Origin: a virus
Lineage: Duplodnaviria > Caudoviricetes
Reading direction: 5' to 3' (one strand)
IMG/VR virus record: IMGVR_UViG_3300017978_000126
Coordinates: 1 to 36,571 of that record
Length of the DNA: 36,571 nucleotides
The position numbers were made by a program, and so were the translations under genes. How positions within the stretch are numbered: position 1 is the stretch's first letter; each line of letters opens with the position of its first letter. Below the pieces are notes generated by a model, which worked only from the letters and a program-made list of their open reading frames with translations, was not told the DNA's origin and made no database searches. Positions 32,742 to 36,571 of the stretch are shown here, piece by piece.

Positions 32742-33610
32742 GAGTTATTCCCGTTCGATGATTGCGCCCATGTGTTGCTTGACGCAGCAACATCAGACCA
32801 AGTGTTATCAGAAACGCTTATCGGAGTCCATGCGTTTGAGTCGCTTGATACTGGTGACCATGTGTTATCAGACTCAACAACATCTTGCCAACTTCCGCCA
32901 TTTGATGCGCCTACCGTGACAGATACAGTGCAGGAGACTGAAGCAGCGCCAGCATAGTCAGCAGTGGCCGCAGCCTCAACATCAGCCACACAAGTGACAG
33001 ACGCAACACCATCAGCAACAACACCACCCAGAGCCGTAACAGTTGCTGTGCATTCAACAGCAGCGTCAGCAGTTCGCACCCTGATTGCTTCAGCACTGAC
33101 ACTTGCGTCAGCCGTTACGCTGGCAGAAGCATTAGCAACGATACCGCCAAGAGCTTCAACAGTTGCAGTAGCAGTGATGGCAGCATCGCCAAACTGAACC
33201 CGTGTGCCACTTGCCGTAACAGTCGCATTCGCGGTGATTGCACCAGACCCGAATTGAACCCGAGTTGCATCAGCAGTGACTGTTGCATCAGCGGTTACGG
33301 CAGCACTTGCAAACTGGACTCTTGTTGCGTCAGCAGTTACCGTAGCCGTTGCGGTAACGCTTGCATCAGCAAATTGCACCCTTGTAGCGTCAGCAGTTAC
33401 AGACGCAGTACAGGTTACAGAAGCCGATGCAAGTTGAACACGGACAGCATCAGCCGTTACTGTTGCTGTTGCATTGACGCTTGAGTAAGCATCCCACAGC
33501 GTGACCGATGTTATGTAGAGTTCACTGTCCAGCGTGAGCGTCAGATCATCAAGACTAGCTTTTAGCTGGTCAAGACTATCTATTGTCCACGGTGGCAGTA
33601 AATCAGCCAT
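32723..33610 (-). CDS. Ala/Thr/Val-rich repeat protein (putative fibre/filament)
   Basis: About ten 20-aa repeats (ASAxVTAxATVTADATRVQF) followed by six Trp residues at 10-aa spacing. Confidence 0.8.
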   Translation of the reverse strand: MADLLPPWTIDSLDQLKASLDDLTLTLDSELYITSVTLWDAYSSVNATATVTADAVRVQLASASVTCTASVTADATRVQFADASVTATATVTADATRVQFASAAVTADATVTADATRVQFGSGAITANATVTASGTRVQFGDAAITATATVEALGGIVANASASVTADASVSAEAIRVRTADAAVECTATVTALGGVVADGVASVTCVADVEAAATADYAGAASVSCTVSVTVGASNGGSWQDVVESDNTWSPVSSDSNAWTPISVSDNTWSDVAASSNTWAQSSNGNNSWQLQH

Positions 33611-33611
33611 A

Positions 33612-33998
33612 TCAGGCGAATGTCACGCTCAATGAACCGATGGCAACACGGAAAACGTCACCAGTGGCGATTGCTTTAGACGCATCCAATGGCGAATGAA
33701 AAAGCAGGTTGCCAGACGTAGACGCATCACGAATGCCGATATAAGCCACAGTGCCCCAAGAGCCAGTGGCTTGAGGGAATTCAATGGCCGCGCTGTTTGT
33801 GCTTACGCCGTTTGATGGTGCGCCAAACGTGATTGCTTGACGAACGTATGCGTTACCAGAAACTTCAGTTCCAGCATCAGCATCAGTAGGATCAGAGGTG
33901 TACAGCGCCAAATACACAGTCGCTGGACTTGTGTAAGACGTATTGCGCAGAGTTGCGTTAATCAGCGCATTCTCAAGATAGTTCGACATTTCAGACAT
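33612..33998 (-). CDS. Small virion structural protein
   Basis: SNYLENAL..YLALYTSDP..GTEVSG..Y.RQ..F..ATGSWGT..D..TSGNLL pattern common in tail modules. Confidence 0.75.
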   Translation of the reverse strand: MSEMSNYLENALINATLRNTSYTSPATVYLALYTSDPTDADAGTEVSGNAYVRQAITFGAPSNGVSTNSAAIEFPQATGSWGTVAYIGIRDASTSGNLLFHSPLDASKAIATGDVFRVAIGSLSVTFA

Positions 33999-34006
33999 GA
34001 TTCACC

Positions 34007-34624
34007 TCACAGGGTTGTTTTGATTGCAAGTGGTACGCCTGAATACTGACCTTGTTCATCAGAGCGTGTGATTGATGCCATTGCGCGATCAAACATAGTT
34101 CCCCATGTGTTGATTCGTGCATCATCCATGAGGTATGGCGATGCCTCAAGCAAAGCGCCATAAAGCAAGGCATCAGGCGTGTTTGCCAAAAAAACGTTGC
34201 TTGTGTTTGTGTCGCTCAAGAATGCAGGAGCGGCAAAGTAGAAAAGCTGGACTGTGTAAACAGTGTCAGGAACTGGCGACAACTGAAAGTCATTTGCCAA
34301 CACGGTGTAGCTGTTTGGCTTTCCGCTTTCCCAAGTACGGGTGTTGCGATTGAATGCCGATGGGCTAAAGTAGCTCAAGGGCTGAACAGGATTGCCAACA
34401 ACAACAAAGTCACGCACTTCAAGGAAGTCGCTTGGAAGCTCAACAGTGCTATCAGCGGCCACAGTCGCAGTGGTCACGCTCTTGAGCATCTGACGAATGC
34501 GCAGATCACGCCGCAAACGGGTTTCAGCCAGACGAATGAAGTCGGGGATTTGTGTGGTCAGATCAGTACGCGCAAGATAGCCAGCGATTGTTGTCTGTAA
34601 ATCAGAGTAACTGGTGAAGCTCAT
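34007..34624 (-). CDS. Head-tail adaptor protein
   Basis: YSDLQTTIAGYLARTDLT.QIPDFIRLAE.R..RDLR, LPSDFLE and PDALLYGALLEA motifs. Confidence 0.82.
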   Translation of the reverse strand: MSFTSYSDLQTTIAGYLARTDLTTQIPDFIRLAETRLRRDLRIRQMLKSVTTATVAADSTVELPSDFLEVRDFVVVGNPVQPLSYFSPSAFNRNTRTWESGKPNSYTVLANDFQLSPVPDTVYTVQLFYFAAPAFLSDTNTSNVFLANTPDALLYGALLEASPYLMDDARINTWGTMFDRAMASITRSDEQGQYSGVPLAIKTTL

Positions 34625-34936
34625 TTAAATTACTCCTGGGCGTGTTCGCCATGCGCGATTGTCTGGATTGTTTAGCCACATCGCAAATCGAGCGTTATCA
34701 ATGACATGGAACCCACGCATGATGCCCTGATGGTTTAGCTCATCAATGGCAGTCAATGGGATAGATGCGACCTTGTTGCCATACAAGTCATCAGACCACT
34801 TGGCCCGTTCGTCATAGCTGTTGAACTCTTGCTTGTTGCGTTCGATGATTGCCGATACATCTTGAGCAGTTTGAATGACCAAACCGCCTTCACCATCAGC
34901 GTGAGCAACAGATTTGCGAAATGTAGGGTTTTCCAT
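34625..34936 (-). CDS. Conserved small protein after the capsid gene, probably leaderless
   Basis: QDVSAIIERNK..VASIP..WLNNPDNRAWRT pattern; TGaTAGAAT ends 7 nt before the ATG. Confidence 0.8.
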   Translation of the reverse strand: MENPTFRKSVAHADGEGGLVIQTAQDVSAIIERNKQEFNSYDERAKWSDDLYGNKVASIPLTAIDELNHQGIMRGFHVIDNARFAMWLNNPDNRAWRTRPGVI

Positions 34937-35018
34937 AATTGCAATTCTATCATTGAGGTAGTAAACAAAAAAGCCCCCCAAGGTTTCCCAAGGGAGGCTT
35001 TCTCTAACTTACGTCAGA

Positions 35019-35963
35019 TCAGCTCAGGTCGGCAATGATACCGTGAGCGGCTTCGTTCTTGATTTCCAAAGTCAATTCGGCCAACAGTTGAGTCTTCTCG
35101 CTGTCGCCTGTCTTTGCCAGTTCGATAGTCTCGAAAGGACGCAGATAGGCAATAGCAGCCATGTCTGGATCAACCAAGAAAGCAACCTCATCACCAGAGT
35201 TAGTGCTGTTCATAAAAATGTTCGGAACGATAGAAATTGTCCCGAAATCACTCATATAGACATCAGCCGCGCCCACAATAGTAGTAGGTTCGTTTGCAGG
35301 AGCCATGTAACGCTGAGCAGCGATACCGGCAAAAGCCGACACCAGTTGCTTGTGCGCAGGGTTCACCATCAGCACTTTTGGCGAACCGCCAGCGGTGTAG
35401 ACTTCAGCAACCACAGTTTTCAACAGGGTTTCGGTGAAAGTACGGTCTGTACCATCGGTACGGGCAGTTGTACCACCCGAGCCAGCCACGCCAGAAGTGC
35501 CACCGTCATAGTTGGTAGACAACCATGCTTGCAGACCACCCAAGGTACGGGCAGTGCTGGAGTTGCCAGTAGCAGCCACTTGGTTGGACAACAGGGTCAG
35601 TTCAATGTTGCGCTTCAGTTCAGCCGACACTTTAGCCAATTGATAAGCCTTTTCAGACTTACGGCCAGCTTTGTCAACTGCTTCCAAAGTGCCAGCGACA
35701 GCAACAGACTTAGTGAAAATCTGAGTGCGGTTACCGATACGGGTTGTTGGCGAGGCAGTGATGGTCGAGGCATCAGCACCTTCAACAGCGCCGCCCAAAG
35801 CAGCAGCGGCCAAGCTGTCGGTCTGCCACTCGTGATAAGTTGCAGTTGCCTTTGTCTTGCCAATGGAAGACATGAAAGGTGTGGAAGTTGGGCTGATGTT
35901 ATAAATAACGTCAGAGAGGTCTTCGCGCATACCGATAGCGGTATATGTCTGATAGGTTGCCAT
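35019..35963 (-). CDS. Major capsid protein (repeat copy)
   Basis: Identical translation to 127-1071. Confidence 0.92.
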   Translation of the reverse strand: MATYQTYTAIGMREDLSDVIYNISPTSTPFMSSIGKTKATATYHEWQTDSLAAAALGGAVEGADASTITASPTTRIGNRTQIFTKSVAVAGTLEAVDKAGRKSEKAYQLAKVSAELKRNIELTLLSNQVAATGNSSTARTLGGLQAWLSTNYDGGTSGVAGSGGTTARTDGTDRTFTETLLKTVVAEVYTAGGSPKVLMVNPAHKQLVSAFAGIAAQRYMAPANEPTTIVGAADVYMSDFGTISIVPNIFMNSTNSGDEVAFLVDPDMAAIAYLRPFETIELAKTGDSEKTQLLAELTLEIKNEAAHGIIADLS

Positions 35964-35980
35964 TTTTAAAGCTCCAAAAA

Positions 35981-36571
35981 TTAAAGGAATCGTTCAAATG
36001 CAACAGCAGCATCACGGACTTTGCCGGATTGACGCAACCGTTGCATCACTTGCTTTTCTTGCGATGACTTAGTATTTGGCGTTGATGTTCCTGGCTTCAG
36101 CATCTTGGGCGCTTGCTGGACTTTCTTCAAAGTCTCGGGCTTACCCTTTTGCAGTTGCTCAAACTTCATTGCTTTGTACAAAGTCAACACAGCACGATGG
36201 TCATACACTGAGGCGAGTTCCTGATCCGACCATCCAACAGACTTTGCATATTCTCGGATTTCTTTCCGGATAGCATCACCTTTTGGCGTAGCCAGTTCTG
36301 GGATAACAGACGCGAGCTTTTCAGATTCAGACTTGAGATGGTTTTGCAGGGACTGCTGCTGCTCCGCTTGTTGCTGTTGGGCAATGCGTTGCTGTTCGGC
36401 ACGAACGACTGCAAGTTGTTTCTCACGCTGAGACTGTTCCGCTACCTTCACGGCATAGCCGATGGGGTCTGTCTCTTTCAAAACTTCCAAATCCTCACCC
36501 TTATTCTGCTGGCTCAAGAAGCTATCGAGTGCCTTCAGTTTCTGGGCGTAGGCCATACGCTCTTGTTTAAC
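35981..36571 (-). CDS. Scaffolding protein, 5'-truncated repeat copy
   Basis: Matches the C-terminal part of 1089-2036; cut by the window end. Confidence 0.88.
   Translation of the reverse strand, partial: VKQERMAYAQKLKALDSFLSQQNKGEDLEVLKETDPIGYAVKVAEQSQREKQLAVVRAEQQRIAQQQQAEQQQSLQNHLKSESEKLASVIPELATPKGDAIRKEIREYAKSVGWSDQELASVYDHRAVLTLYKAMKFEQLQKGKPETLKKVQQAPKMLKPGTSTPNTKSSQEKQVMQRLRQSGKVRDAAVAFERFL

Larger units (their letters stand above)
34893..36571. repeat. Direct terminal repeat, right copy
   Basis: Matches 1-1679. Confidence 0.98.

Noticed and set aside
35019-35963. Apparent second capsid gene
   Set aside because: It is part of the terminal repeat, not a paralog.
1-36571. Stop-codon recoding, since TAG was not seen among the stops I checked
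   Set aside because: Core genes are full length under the standard code and no suppressor tRNA is evident.

Overview
The window is one complete tailed-phage genome with a 34,892-bp unit. Bases 1-1679 are repeated at 34893-36571. It has a P22-like podovirus virion module on the minus strand: TerS/TerL, portal, scaffold, major capsid, adaptor, tail proteins, three ejection proteins and an S74-chaperone tail fibre. It also carries a GH19 lysis module, a short plus-strand early arm (ERF, SSB, MazG-like, HNH, DUF3310) and a minus-strand arm with a truncated replication initiator, RusA, NinB and a DUF1364-like nuclease. I could not recognise an integrase, a cI/Cro pair, a polymerase, a primase or a helicase. 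The gene style suggests a freshwater betaproteobacterial host, but this is inference. The most unusual signals are five. (1) A mix-and-match array of small genes built from shared peptide modules joined at 14-39 bp identical DNA repeats. (2) A quasi-palindromic TAGGG-N4-(C/T)(A/C)CTA site at a fixed position of about -42 in four promoter regions, one symmetrically bidirectional. (3) Two sequence-divergent leader RNAs with the same predicted pseudoknot/terminator architecture, plus a loop-E ncRNA. (4) An unlisted 49-aa secreted six-cysteine peptide. (5) A shared MAGLL N-terminus on three unrelated proteins. All family assignments come from motif recognition, not database searches.
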